Source: the human T2T-CHM13v2.0 reference genome, Homo sapiens. From it: a DNA stretch of 64,000 nucleotides. The DNA lies in NCBI RefSeq assembly GCF_009914755.1, contig NC_060936.1; one strand, written 5' to 3'. Position numbers and translations under genes: made by a program. The notes under the pieces are model-generated. The model saw only the letters and a list, made by a program, of their open reading frames with translations, did not search any database and had not been told where the DNA came from. Shown piece after piece: positions 32,918 through 50,808 of this stretch (position 1 is its first letter; the number at the start of each line of letters is the position of its first letter).

Positions 32918-33252
32918 ATACTTTAAGTTCTAGGGTACATGTGCACAACGTGCAGGTTTGTTACATATGTATACATGTGCCATGTTGGTGTGCTGCACCC
33001 ATGAACTCATCATTTACATTAGGTATATCCCCTAATGCTATCCCTCCCCCCTCCCCCCACCCCACAACAGGCCCCGGTGTGTGATGTTCCCCTTCCTGTG
33101 TCCAAGTGTTTTCATTGTGGAAGACAGTGTGGTGATTCCTCAGGAATCTAGAACTAGAAATACCATTTGACCCAGCCATCCCATTACTGGGTATATACCC
33201 AAAGGATTATAAATCATGCTGCTATAAAGACACGTGCACACGTATGTTTATT
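32879..33252 (-). mobile_element. Short L1PA insertion with 5' inversion; tail converted to (TA)n
   Basis: 32915-33116 is an antisense L1PA 3' end (tactttaagttctagggtacatgtgcac); 33117-33252 is sense L1 (gaactagaaataccatttgacccagcc); imperfect TSD ttcaagg(a/t)ttc. Confidence 0.85.
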
Positions 33253-33459
33253 CAAGGTTTCTTAACCTTTGCACTATTGACATTTTGACCCAGATAATTC
33301 TTTGTTCTGGAAGCTGTCCTTTGCTTTGTAGAATGTATAGCTCCCTGACCTCTATGCATTAGATGCCAGTAGCTCCCTGCTGATTGTGATGCTCAACAAT
33401 GTCTCCAGGAATTATCAAATGTCCTTTGGGGCAAAATGACTCACAGCTGAAAACCACTG
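33253..33459. mobile_element. MER20 (hAT-Charlie)
   Basis: gcactattgacattttg...agatgccagtagc...aatgtctccag...gaaaaccactg. Confidence 0.75.
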
Positions 33460-33720
33460 AATTGCCCCACATCCTAACCAACAAGGTATTTCTAATCTTT
33501 TTAGTTTTAGCCATTCTAATAGAAATAGTAGTGTTTTTTCACTGTAGCTTTAATTTGCATTTTTATAATGACCAATGATGTTACACCTCTTTCTATTTGT
33601 TTTACATTTGTATCCCTTCTTTGATGAAGTATCTATTGAGCTTTTTTGCCCACTTTTATTGGATCATTTGCCTTCTTAATATTGAATTGTAATAGTGTTT
33701 ATATTTTTCAGATACAAGTA

Positions 33721-34068
33721 CAGTCATGCATCATTTAACAATGTGGATACATTCTGAGAACTGTGCCATTAGTTGGTTTTATCATGTGAACATCGTAGAG
33801 CATACTTGCATAAACCTAGATGCTATAGCCTACTACACACCTAGGCTATACCGTGTAGCCTATTGCTCCTAGGCTACAAACCTAGGAGCATGTGCAGCAT
33901 GTTACTGTACTGAATACTGCAGGCAACTGTAACACAATGGTATTTGTGTATCTAAACATATCTAAACATACAGAAGGTACAGTAAAAAATGGTGTTATAA
34001 TCATATGAAAACACCTTTGAATATATGGTCCACTGTTGACTGAAATGTTACTGTGCAGTGCATGCCTG
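33721..34068. mobile_element. Tigger3-like MITE
   Basis: TIRs cagtcatgc...gcatgcctg with TA flanks; tagcctactacacacctaggcta motif. Confidence 0.8.
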
Positions 34069-34216
34069 TATTTCATTAGATGTAGGTTTGGGAAATATAT
34101 TCTCCCTGTCTTGGCTTACCTTTTCATTTAGAGTAGCATCTTTCAAGAGCAAAAGATTTTAATTTTTTTGGAGAAAATTTATTCATTTTTCTTGTATGAT
34201 TATAACTTTTACGTCT

Positions 34217-35976
34217 TGTCTTATTCCATTCAGGCTGCTGTAACAAATTACATAAACTGGATGGACTATAACAAATAGAAATTTCATCTTTTTTTGACCT
34301 CGGAACTTTTTATTTTCCTCCTGCTCCCCAAAGGGTACCCTGCTTCTGCTGGATTAATGCCTCAGAACTTTGGTGTCCTTTGTCTCAGACAGCACTTTGC
34401 CACCCACTATCCGGCAGTGGTGGTCTTTTGGATGGTTTGCATGGAGTTGCTGCTGTCCAGGGCATCACCAAGATTGAACTCCTCGCCATCTTCCAGCAGG
34501 CGGCGGTAGGTGGCGATCTCAGCCTCCAACTTGACCTTGATGTTCAGCAGGGCCTCGTACTCCTGGGCCTGGCACTGTCCCTCTGCCAGGGTCTGTGCCA
34601 GCTCTGACTCCAGGTGCAACAGGATCCCATTGAGCTGCTCCATCTGCAGGGTGTGGCGGGCCTCCACCTCCCTCAGGCGGTCCTCCAAGCTGGCCTTCAG
34701 ACTTCTCATGGAGTCCAGGTCAACCTCCAAGGACTGGACTGTACATCTCAGCTCTGTGAGCGTCATCTCAGCAGCTCCAACCTCGGCGGACTGCGTGGTG
34801 ACCACTTTGGCGATTTCCTCATTCTTCTGAGACCAGTATTTGTCCAGCTCCTCTTGGTTCTTCCGAGCCAGCTCGTCATATTGGGCCCAGATGTCTGCCA
34901 TGATCTTGGCGAGGCACTGAGATTTAAGGGCATCTACCTCCATGGTCAACCCAGAGCTGGCAATCTGGGCTTGTAGGCCTTTTACTTCCTCTTTGTGGTT
35001 CTTCTTTATGAAGAGCAGCTCCTCCTTGAGAGCCTCAATCTCTGTCTCCAGCTGCAGCCGAGTGACATTGGTGTCAACAATGACCTTGCGGAGCCCATGG
35101 ATGTCATGGGCCATGGCCAGCTCTGTCTCATACTTGACCCTAAAGTCATCAGCAGCAAGACAGACATTGTCGATCTGCAGAACGATGCAGGCATTGTCCA
35201 CAGTGTTTGCAAAGATCTGAGCCCTCAGGTCATCGATGATCTTGAAGTAATGGCTCCAGTCTCTGACATGGGGTCCCTTCTTCTCCACGTGCTCCCGGAT
35301 TTTGCTCTCCAGCTTCTGGTTCTTGGTCACCAGGCTCCTCACTCTGTCCAGGTAGGAGGCCAGGCAGTCGTTCAGGCTTTGCATGGTCTCCTTCTCGTTC
35401 TGGATGCCTCCTATTCCTGCCAGACCCCCAGCCATCCCCGCGGCCAGGCCCCCGGACCCCATGCAACCCGGAAGCTGGTGAAGCAGCACACAGAGATCCG
35501 GGAATGAGAGCCCCTGCTGCCTGCATAGACGCTGGCCACACTGCTGACTGGCCAGGCGCCATAGCTGGGCGTCTGGACAGAGCCCAGGGACCGGTAGTTG
35601 GTGGAGAAGGTGGAGCGAGTGGTGAAGCTCATGGTGTCTGGGGAGGCAGGCGAAAGGACAGGACTCAGACTTTGCCGATGACCAAAAAATAGAAATTTGT
35701 TTCTTAACGTTTCCGGAAGCTGGGAAGTTCAAGATCAAGATACTGGCAGATTTGGTGTCTGGTGAGGAAGAGCTTGCTCTCAGGTTCATAGATGGCCCCT
35801 TCTTGCTATATCCTCACTTGGTGGAAGGGGCAAGATTGCTCTCTGGGGCTTCTTTTATAAGGACAATAATCTCATCCATGAGAGCTCTGTCCTCATGACC
35901 TAATCACCTCTAAAGGCCCCATCTCTTAGTACCATCACCTTGGATTTCAACCTATGAATTTTGAAAGGATAATAGC
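34217..35976 (-). mobile_element. MLT1 (MaLR) solo LTR split by the KRT18 retrocopy (pieces ~34217-34284 and ~35687-35976)
   Basis: Reverse complement reads tgcta...gaggtgattaggtcatgagg...ccttataaaag... and ends cagcctgaatggaataagaca. Confidence 0.85.
34289..35683 (-). pseudogene. KRT18P20: Processed keratin-18 pseudogene (probably KRT18P20)
   Basis: Intronless. Native ATG at 35632 (MSFTTRSTFSTNYRSLGSVQ); frameshift near 35465; rod domain NEKETMQSLND...EIATYRRLLEDG; short deletion at ELAM(RQSVEN)DIHG; tail frameshift/stop at 34407; AATAAA 34309-34314; poly-T 34289-34295; TSD aaatagaaattt 34273-34284 / 35687-35698. The P20 number is from recall. Confidence 0.93.
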
Positions 35977-35979
35977 ATG

Positions 35980-39950
<3,971 letters not shown>

Positions 39951-40077
39951 AAACTGCTCTTTTGGTTAACAACATAATTTTCTGGAAGGGAGACTAAATT
40001 CTGCCAGTGCATTTTCTACACTATCTTGGAAAGATCTGAATGTCTTCATTTCTAAGCTATTCTTACAAACTAGCAGT

Positions 40078-40782
<705 letters not shown>

Positions 40783-41078
40783 AATGCCCCACTCATTTTG
40801 TATGGCGCTGCACCTGTGGGGTACTTCAGATCTCAACCAACCATTCACAAAAGTGATTTGAGGAAATTTCCAGTGTCTAGAATCCAGGTTTGTTGAGGTG
40901 GTCAATCAATCAAACAGTTAATTAACAATTATACATTTGTTCATCTTCTTTTTGTTCTTTCATTCATCAAACACAGATTAATCATTAACTGTGTACCTAT
41001 TACAAGCTCAGTGCTGGGAATGCAAAGGATCTCTAGATTTAATAGGTTTTAACTGGAAGTAGGAAGATAGTGAAATAA

Positions 41079-41404
<326 letters not shown>

Positions 41405-41539
41405 CATTAATCAGTGTTTTCTTCCTCAGTGCCTACTGTTATTTCTGTCATAATTCTTTGTGGCCTAGCTTTTGTAACTTCGTATAATATAGTGTTAATT
41501 TATTATGATGAACATAATAATGCTGCTACCAGTGAGATG

Positions 41540-42136
41540 GTATTATACCTCGACCTTGACCCCCTTCATGGGCAGGAACTGGAATGGCTCATTTCACTTA
41601 GCCTGCTGCTTGTCACTCCTCACAAGAGGGAGCGTGCAAGTGAGTGCAGGACCCAGAGCGAAAATACGAATGCTGGAACTCACCGGTCACTCCTCTCTGG
41701 TGAGAGCAGGCTGTGTGTGGGCTCTGGAGCAATGTCCCAGCCCCTGCCCTCATGGGTTCTTGTCTGCTGTCCAGAAAGAATCAGGTCACATGAACGGACT
41801 GAAGGGTAGTATATGTGGAGGATTTTATTGGGCAATGGATGTGGCTCTCAGTGGAATGGGGAATAGGAAAGGGGATGGTGGGGGAAGAAGGTGATCTTTC
41901 CCTGAAGTCGCACCATCTGAAGTTGGCCGCAGCTATCTGTAGTCTCTTCTTGTATCCCCAACACTTAGCCATTCATATTGCTCTGTCAGCTGGTCCTTTT
42001 ATGGGCGCAGGATATGGGAATGGCAGGCTAAAAAGGCAACATTTGGGCGAAAAATGGGGTCAGCTATTGTCACTTAGGGCCACAGTTCCATGCTTTAGAG
42101 TGGGGTTTAGCTGGGAGCCCAATAATTCTGTATCAC
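41540..42136 (-). mobile_element. ERV1 LTR (MER52/LTR1-like)
   Basis: gggttcttgtc...aagaatcaggtcac...ggattttattg (reverse AATAAA); aaaaggcaacatttgggc; ends tgtatca. Confidence 0.6.
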
Positions 42137-42444
42137 CAGTGCCATTACATACATTTTACTCCTTTTCCTCTTTTATTCCTTATAACATCCCCATGAAGTA
42201 TTATTATCCTGATTCTGCAGAGAAGGACAGACGCTCAGGGAGTGATCTGCCCAAAGTCACAGCTACTAAATGAATAATATGACACTGGATTTAATCCACT
42301 CCAGGCTGATTCTGGAGCCTCTGCACTGTCAGAAATAAGCAGAAAAGATTGGTCCAAGGTTTCTGCTGCTTCTGCTTTGAATCCTATATAAGAGGGGTCT
42401 GGGCATACTGCAGGTGGTCAATAAAGACTGTTAAAAGAACAAAC

Positions 42445-43668
<1,224 letters not shown>

Positions 43669-43699
43669 GGATAAAGAGGAGGGAAGCCTAATGTTATGC

Positions 43700-44480
43700 T
43701 CTTTATGCCCGAATTTGGCGAAATCGAGCCTTGCCCGCTGTTTTTTCCTATGACAGTGTCTGAACCTTTCTTTTTCCCAGGAGTAGGAATGGCCCCTGCT
43801 CCCGCGCAGCCTCCAGGCTGCACCACGCTCGCCCCGCCTCTCTCTCCGCTCCTTACTCCGCCCACCGCAGTTTCCTCCAATCGCGGCCCTCTCCCCGCCC
43901 CCTTACCCGAGCCTTTTTCCTGCATCCGGGCCTGAGAGTGCAGGCTTGAGGGAAGCATGGAGGTCCATGGCAAGCCCAAGGCTAGCCCGAGTTGTTCGTC
44001 GCCCACCCGGGATTCCTCAGGAGTCCCAGTGTCCAAGGAGCTGCTGACGGCGGGAAGCGACGGCCGCGGAGGTGACGGACGGGTGACGGCGGCATGGGCC
44101 GCACACGTGCGGCAGAGGAGGCGCGGCCGGTGCAGTTTGGGAGCCGGCCGGTGGCTCCCTGCCCGGGCTCCGTACCCTCGAGGGGAGCCCCGGGGACTGC
44201 TGCGGGGCTCCGGCGTGCCCTGCCCGCGGCAGGGGTGGGGGCTTTGGGGCGGGCACCCGGCTGCGGGCCCGGAATGGTTTCCCCAGCTAGTGGTTCTTAT
44301 ATTCTGCAAGGTAGTGAGCGCCCACCCTGCCAGGCGCCGCTGCCAGGCATCTGCCCTGCCCTGGAAGCTGGGAAGCTCTCGAGTTCTTTTGGGGAAGGGA
44401 GGGCTTTTGGTTTGGCTGCCTGGGTCGGAGCAGTTGGCTGATAGGGGGAAGCGGAGTAATATTATGCTAACAGTCCCTAC
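43700..44480 (+). promoter_or_regulatory. NOPCHAP1: CpG-island promoter of NOPCHAP1
   Basis: CpG-rich; GC boxes (ccccgcct ~43832, ccgccc ~43858, ccccgcccc ~43893); CCAAT ~43877 just upstream of the ATG. Confidence 0.85.
43957..44071 (+). CDS. NOPCHAP1: NOP protein chaperone 1 (C12orf45), coding exon 1 of 4
   Basis: agcATGG Kozak; MEVHGKPKASPSCSSPTRDSSGVPVSKELLTAGSDGRG; donor G|gtgacg (phase 1). Confidence 0.95.
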
Positions 44481-45770
44481 CTCTTTCACACCCACACAGA
44501 CCACCCCTTAGTGCTGCTGTCTTGTAGAGGGAGACATGCATCCAGGAAATCCACACAGCATTTCAGACACTATAGGTAGAATTTAAAAGCACGAGTTCGA
44601 ATCCCAGCTCCACTAGTAATTAACTGGTGGGACTTAGAGTTATTTTCATTCCCTAAGCCTCAGTTTTTGCATTTGGAAAATGGTGATAGTAGTAATGCCT
44701 GTAGAATTTTTGTGAGGAGGAGAATGCCTAAAAAGGCTTGGGCATGTTGTCAGTAAATACTAGCTTGAAGAAAAGGTTTTGTGAGAACCCAGAGATTCCG
44801 AAGGAAGTATAATAATGATAACCAAAGCTTATGTAGTCCTTACTATGTATGCCCCAGAAACTAACTCATCTAATCCTCACAACAACCCTTTGCAGAAAAT
44901 CTGTTATCTCTGTTTTATAGTTGAGGAACCTGAGACATGATTTATCATACAGGTAATTTACCTTCTGGAGATCATGTGGCTAGAAAGTAGCAAAACTGGG
45001 ACTTGAATTCAAGTAGTCTGGCTCCAGACTCTGTGCTCTGATCACGAATCCAGTAGGCCTTAAGTAGTAGGCATTCAATGGATGTTTGTTGCGGCTCTGC
45101 TTTGCAGGTGAACAGGATTTGTTTTTTAACCAGAGAGTTAAGGGATTTTCCGGGTATTAGAAATAGGGTGTGCAAAGCCTTGAGTTTTGTACGTTCCCCT
45201 CTTGGAACTCTGATGGGATAGAGAGTTGGGATGATTTGAGTAGTGAGAAATGAGGCTGGAAAGGTAGAGTGGGTGACAAAATCCCCAAAAGGCTGCTTTC
45301 CTTGGGTTGAACGTCTTCAGGGAAGGGGAAATACCAGGCAAGCATGTTTTACTAATGAAGAAACAAATGCTTGAAGATCAGGTAAGTTGCCCAGTGTTAC
45401 ACAACTAGTAACCATTTCTGGCTTCACTTAACCATTGTTATGCTCTGTACTGTTTCCTCCGTTCTGTCATTGCAGACCCACGTTTGTCTGCTAATGAATT
45501 TCTGATCCAGAAAAGTGCAGATTGGTGTGCATTTATTACCTGCCATTGGTGATAGAGGTGAATGAGACAGGTGTAAGAAAGGAGAGGTGGCTGGCTGTAC
45601 ATAAAGAATTAAAATGTTGTAATGGAGCTTGGAGTTCTCCTTTAAAAAAAAAATTTTGGGGGAGTGTGGACAGTCAAGTCTTAAGACTGGTCATGTGAGA
45701 GGCTTACTGATGGGCCTTTGTTTTTTTATGCTGTAGTAAATTAAGGGTGTTTGTGTGTCTGTATTTTCAG

Positions 45771-45857
45771 GTATATGGGACAGGTTGCTCATCAACTCCC
45801 AACCTAAGTCCAGAAAGACCTCCACTCTTCAAACAGTTCGGATAGAGAGGAGTCCCT
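45771..45857 (+). CDS. NOPCHAP1: NOPCHAP1 exon 2
   Basis: Acceptor ttttcag|; (G)IWDRLLINSQPKSRKTSTLQTVRIERSP; donor T|gtaagt; 87 nt. Confidence 0.95.
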
Positions 45858-46499
45858 GTAAGTACCTCTTCCCCTCTCTCACCCTCTCTAATGCTGAGTT
45901 TTGTCTGATTAAGCTGTGGGACGGTCTCTGCCTTCATTGTCAGGTATCAAACCACAGATAGTCCAGTGGAACAAGTCCTACTTGGGATTTACATGATAAA
46001 GTCAGTACACAGAATGGAACTTCTTACATTATTTCTCTACTTTAAGAGGGTAACTTTTTCGTGAAAAATTGCTTGTGGGTTGAATTTTGGGAAGTCAAAA
46101 ACAATTGTTAATCTCCATGGCAAATTTATTTAGAGGTTACTGAGCCTCAAACTTAATATATATGGATGGAAAACCACAACCACATCCCATTGAATTGGAC
46201 ACAATTATTTAAATGATAAATATTACTTAGAATACAGCATAATGGCCAGTTCTCTTTATTATTCTGTAGTATTGCTGTACTGCACATTCATAAGTATGTC
46301 CCACACTCAGACTTTATTACACGAATGCCCTCTATGTAATTCACTCTTAATATTAAAAAAAGGCAAAAATTCAATAAAAACAATGTAAATAAGCATGAAG
46401 GTAATGAAGGTATCACATCAATAAACTAAGAAATCATGAGTACTCTGAAAGGAGAATTTAACTGTAGCATCATTACTGTAGCACTAAATCTACAATAGC

Positions 46500-47780
46500 T
46501 GAAATGACCATATGGTGGCTGCCCATCCAAAAACCAGTTTTTGTGGATATAGGTTTTTGTTTTGAGGGATTACATACCTAGGAGTGGAATTGCGGGTATA
46601 TAGAAGGTGTAATTTTTTTTTTTTTTTTACGAAGAAGAAATTGCTATTTTGCATTTCCACCAGCAAGGTATGAGAGTTTAGTTGCTGCACATCCTAACCA
46701 AAATGTGGTATGGCCTTTTTAATTTTAGCTGTTCTAGTGTGGATATAGTGGTATCGCGTTGTGATCTTAATTTGTTTCTAATGGCTAATAATGTTGAGCA
46801 TCTTTTCATGTGTCACTATTTGTATGTCTTTGGTGAAGTGCCTATTCAAATCTTAAACACATTTAAAAAATCAGGTTTCTTATTGTAAACATCATTCTTG
46901 ATAGTGCAGCTCTGCTGGAGATAGACTTACCAGCCTTTGTGTGTCTGAGAAAGTATTTTGCTTTCAGTTTTTGGAAGATGCTTTAATGGATTTAGAATTC
47001 TAGGTTGACAGTGTGGTTTTTTGCTTTTTCTGTTTTCTCCAGTACTTTAAAGACATCACTACACTTTCTTTTCAGTGGCATTGTTTCTGACGCCAGTGTC
47101 TACTGTCATTTTGTGTCATGAATATGGTGTTTCTTTTCTTCTCTGGCTGCCTTTAAGATTCCCTTCATTACTGGTTTTTACCGATTTTATGGTGATGTGC
47201 CCTTTGTAGTTTTCTTTGTGAGTCTTGAGCTTGGGTTTGTTGAACTTACTGGATCTATGGGTTTATAATTTTTATCAAATTTGGGAAATTTTTAGGGATG
47301 TTGTTGTTGCTTGCTCCTGTCTCGCCTCTCCTGAAGGGACTCCAATGACACCTAATTTTGCCAGTTGAGGTTGTCTCACAGCTCATTGATTGTTTGTTTG
47401 GGTCTTATGTTTTGTGTGTTTCAATTTGGATAGCTTCTATCGCTGATTTCGTTGAGTTCACTATTCTTCTATATTGTCTAATCTGTTAATTCTATCAAAT
47501 GTATTTTTTCAAGGTAGATACAGTTTCCATCTCTAGAAGTTTGAGACTGTTTACATCTTTTTTTCTTTCCTTGTGTTTGTGCTTTTCTTTTCTTCCTTGA
47601 ACATACAAAGTATATTTCTAAGAGCTGTTTTAACATTCTTATTGCTGATTCTGTCGTCTGCATCATTTCTGAATCTTTTTTCCCTACTCTTTATGGATTA
47701 TGTTTTCCTGTTTATTTGCATGTTTGCTAATTTTTTATTAGATGTTGGACATTTTGAATATTATGGTGTTGTGTGTTGAG
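46500..47780 (-). mobile_element. Old L1M fragments in intron 2
   Basis: atacctaggagtggaattgc, gttgagcatcttttcatgtg, ttctaggttgacag L1M motifs. Confidence 0.75.
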
Positions 47781-48382
47781 TATTATTTAATTTAGAAGAA
47801 CCACGACTGGACTAGCCTCAGGGTTCAGCATATACTCTCCTAGAGTACCACGGAATTATTTGGCTTCTGAGGATCACAGTTCAGGCCGCACATTTTGGTA
47901 CTTGTTTTGCTCTACTTGATTCATTAGTTGGAAACAAAAGCAGTACCAGATTTTCTATCTGTAGCAATATATTTAAATCTGAGGACAGAGAAATACCTTT
48001 ATTTGTATTAGTAATTTCTCTTTCTGTAATCTGAAGGGGAATGAGAGCTAACATTCACTATTACGTCGGGCTTTATTTGTGTGCATGCTCTTAGGGAGTC
48101 CTTCCAGCACCTTATTTTACAAATAGAGGTCGTCTACTTGACCTTGGCCACTATTTTCTTTTCTTCTTCCATACGCTGGACATTTTAGTCATCTGTTATG
48201 TAGCCATAGCAGTTACATAAGTTTTGAGAGTCTGTTATATGCGTGGTTATGTGCTGGGCCTCTTTTGAGAGAGAAAATAAATATCCTTGTTTGTTGACTG
48301 CTCTGTATTTGGCACAGTGACTGACAGTTATCACTCCTCTTTTATGGATTAGTACGCTGAGGTTTCAAGAGGTAGAATTAAA

Positions 48383-48920
48383 TGTATTAATTAGGATTCT
48401 TGGTTGCAAATGACTAAAATCCAGCTCAGATTGCCTTAAGCAAAAAAAGAAATTATGTTGGCTCTTTTTATTGGGGGAAAAATACTCCAGGCACAGTAGA
48501 TTTCAGGTGCATCTGGATCCAGGTGCTCAGTGTCCTCAGAGGTCAGCCACTCTGTCTCTTAGTTCTGCTTTCCTGGGTATTGGCCTAATCTAGAGCGTAC
48601 TCTTCCCCCAGGTGTGGAGAGTTGCCAGTTTATCAGCAGCTTCAGCCTTATATTCAGCCAACTCAGTCATTCACTCAGAAAGATTTCTCTCTCAACAGTT
48701 CCAACAAAAGGTCCTGAGTGATCTATTATTGGCCCGACTAGAGCAGCGTGTCACTGTGATGCCACTAAAGCATGGTACAGTGGCCAAGGATATGGAGGAT
48801 GTAGGCATGTATGGGGTGAGGGGCAAGAGTGACTAAGAGTGACACAAGCTTAAAAGGAAAGCCAGGGTTATATTATCAGAAGAAAGGGAACGTATGTTGG
48901 GTAGGCAGAAATAACCACTA
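48383..48920 (-). mobile_element. Ancient MLT1 (J/K-like) LTR
   Basis: tgtattaattaggattcttggttgcaaatgac...ctggatccaggtgctc. Confidence 0.7.
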
Positions 48921-49315
48921 CTTAATTAACTGGCCCAAGGTAATTCAGATAGAGGTAGAACTAGGATTCTGTACATACCTAGTTATTCGTACCCTAAAGC
49001 CTCAGAACCTGGTGCTCTTAACTGTTAAGTCACACTGCCTCCCTATTTAGTTACTATTTGTTGAATGCCAGCCTTCTAGGAGTTTACAGTCCTGGGGATA
49101 TATGAGAAACATAAAACATTTGTGAAACAATTGCTGGATTGTGTAGTCCTACTGTTTTATTCAGAAGAGGATGGAGGGTTTTTAAATGAAGGGAACTAAA
49201 AGATATGTAATTATGGTTGTTATTATTAATACTCAATTCAGAAGTGTTTATAGGAAATCCTGGGTTTCAGAATTTACTAGCATAAATGTTGATATGCTGT
49301 ATTTACTTTCCACAG

Positions 49316-49452
49316 TATTGGACCAGGTACAGACATTTCTCCCACAGATGGCACGGGCAAATGAAAAGCTAAGAAAAGAAATGGCAGCTGCACCACCTGG
49401 TCGTTTCAATATTGAAAACATTGATGGGCCTCATAGTAAAGTTATACAAATG
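49316..49452 (+). CDS. NOPCHAP1: NOPCHAP1 exon 3
   Basis: Acceptor tttccacag|; (L)LDQVQTFLPQMARANEKLRKEMAAAPPGRFNIENIDGPHSKVIQM; donor |gtaact; 137 nt. Confidence 0.95.
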
Positions 49453-50192
49453 GTAACTATGCTTTGTTTTCATATGGTGAAATTACTGGTCTGCCTGTCA
49501 CCTAAGAAGAAGAGAACTTTTCCATTTTATTTTCAAGTTTTCATTTTCCTGGTGTTAGCTCATGTTTCCAATGTTGTATAGGTACATAGTCATTTTATGA
49601 TTTAGTCATTTTAGTCATATGATGTCACAGGAAGGTTTTTTTTCCTAAGTCAAATGCTACATTTGTTATTCTGAAGCATTAATTTACTCGATGTCCTAAC
49701 TGGGTTTTTTTCTGTCCAAGCCCCAAAAGAGGTAATCATAGCCTGATTTATTGAGTATGCAAAAATAAATGATGTGTGGAAGAGAGCAATTGATTACATA
49801 AGCTATGTGCAAAAATGTTCTCTCAGTTTATACTCATATCTTGTTTCTGCAGTGGAATTCCGTTTATAATATCTGTGTCTGGACCAAGCTGAGACAATTG
49901 TTAATAATATCTAATTCATTAGCCATTCTATTCAGCTCTCCCTCCAGAATAGATCCCAAATCCAACCACTTTGTACAACCTCTGCAGTTCCTTTGGACCT
50001 TTGTTGGCCCAGGTAATTATGGCCTCTCCTTTGGAGTATTGCAGCAATTTCTTAGCAGGTTTTCCTGCGTTCACTGTGCCTTCCCTGGGGTCCGTTGTTC
50101 ACACAGTTTGGGACCTGGGGGCTTCCCATCACGTTTCAAATAAACTAAGTCCTTCAAAGGGTCCATATGATCCTGCCTGCAGTTCTCTATCT

Positions 50193-50530
50193 CAGAGGTT
50201 CCCAACCCCCAGGCTGTGGACTGGTACTGGTCTGTGGCCTGTTAGGAAGCAGGTCGCACAGCAGGAGGTGAGCGGTGGGTGAGAGCGCATTACCACCTGA
50301 GTTCTGCCTCCTGTCAGATCAGCAGTGGCATTAGATTCCAAAAGGAGCGTGAACCCTATTATGAACTGTGCATGTAAGGGATCCAGGTTGTTGTGCGCTC
50401 TTTATGAGATTCTAATGCCTGATGATCTGAGGTGGAACAGTTTCATCCCCAAAACATCCCTGCCAAGGTCCGTGGAAGAATTTTCTTCCACAAAACTGGT
50501 CCCTGGTACCAAAGAGGTTGGGCACTGCTG
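50193..50530. mobile_element. MER1B-like (hAT-Charlie)
   Basis: cagaggttcccaaccccc...ctgatgatctgaggtggaacagtttcatccc...gttgggcactgctg. Confidence 0.85.
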
Positions 50531-50808
50531 CTCTGTCTGACCTTATCTCCTACACAGTCCTCATTTACTGCCCTCCAGCACCAGTCTCACTGCAGCCGGT
50601 CTTCTCCCCTGCGGTTTTCTCAGGTAGAATGCTTTTCCCTAGATTTCTCCATTTCGACTCCCTCTGTTTCTTTTCAGTCGTCACCTGATCAGGAGGCCTT
50701 CCCTGATAGCTGTATTATTATTTTATCCTGCTTTATTTTTCCATATTTTCACAACCCTACATTATGCTTTATATGTATTTGTTTATTGCCTTTCTTTCGC
50801 CTCTGGAA

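Noticed and set aside
34294-35692. Plus-strand and alternate-frame ORFs over the keratin copy
   Set aside because: Antisense or shifted-frame shadows of the KRT18 coding sequence
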